DNA from: Gammaproteobacteria bacterium
Lineage (GTDB): Bacteria > Pseudomonadota > Gammaproteobacteria > Steroidobacterales > Foliamicaceae
NCBI GenBank assembly: GCA_009845905.1
Contig: VXYS01000009.1
Span: forward strand, 580,325 to 644,324
DNA: 64,000 nt
Reading direction: 5' to 3'
The translations under genes were made by a program, and so were the position numbers. A model generated the notes under the pieces. That model searched no databases. It was given only the letters and a program-made list of their open reading frames with translations, and was not told the DNA's origin. This document shows, in pieces, positions 63,999-64,000 of this stretch (position 1 is its first letter; each line of letters starts with the position of its first letter).

Positions 63999-64000
63999 AA

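Overview
High-GC Gammaproteobacteria-type chromosomal segment. Sampled 60-nt lines are about 63% GC or higher. All family calls come from motifs read in the supplied translations; no database search was run.

Layout, left to right:
- ftsE (partial), ftsX and an orphan ABC ATPase.
- A nine-gene, stop/start-overlapped arginine operon: argR-argG-[unknown P-loop protein]-argC-argD-argF'-argB-argH-thioesterase. It is the N-acylornithine carbamoyltransferase type and contains no argA, argJ or argE.
- A small lipoprotein, then tatABC (minus strand), bracketed by two copies of a roughly 108-nt palindromic element. Then dtd, an OPT transporter, DUF1330, a ComEA-like HhH-repeat protein, an MsrQ-like protein, a PaaI thioesterase, and HIT plus acyl-CoA dehydrogenase.
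- An envelope uptake/oxidation cluster with three TonB-dependent receptors, two of which are a recent 2.97-kb tandem duplication. It also holds a putatively Tat-exported amidohydrolase_2, a cytochrome c-PQQ dehydrogenase, UbiD and an MFS transporter.
- rpoH, a TolB-like propeller, an alanine/glycine:cation symporter, an MFS transporter, prs, tRNA-Gln and two unknown envelope proteins.
- A block of about 18.9 kb at visibly lower GC (sampled lines 50-52%), ending exactly at the 3' end of tRNA-Phe.
- yggX, mutY and a C39-peptidase ABC exporter that runs off the window.

Best candidates for something undescribed:
1. The integrase-less, regulator-less low-GC island at tRNA-Phe. It carries a seven-gene coupled operon (oligopeptide-type ABC importer + PhyH dioxygenase + VOC enzyme + hydrolase), a GST-GST-enone reductase operon, and three tandem-domain alpha/beta hydrolases with reciprocal loss of catalytic residues.
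2. The P-loop protein embedded in the arginine operon, where an acyl-transferase or deacylase would be expected.
3. A palindromic element family with perfectly compensated stem substitutions flanking tatABC.

No CRISPR array, rRNA, transposase, integrase or recognisable defence genes were seen. Many long antisense ORFs in the track are GC-driven shadows.
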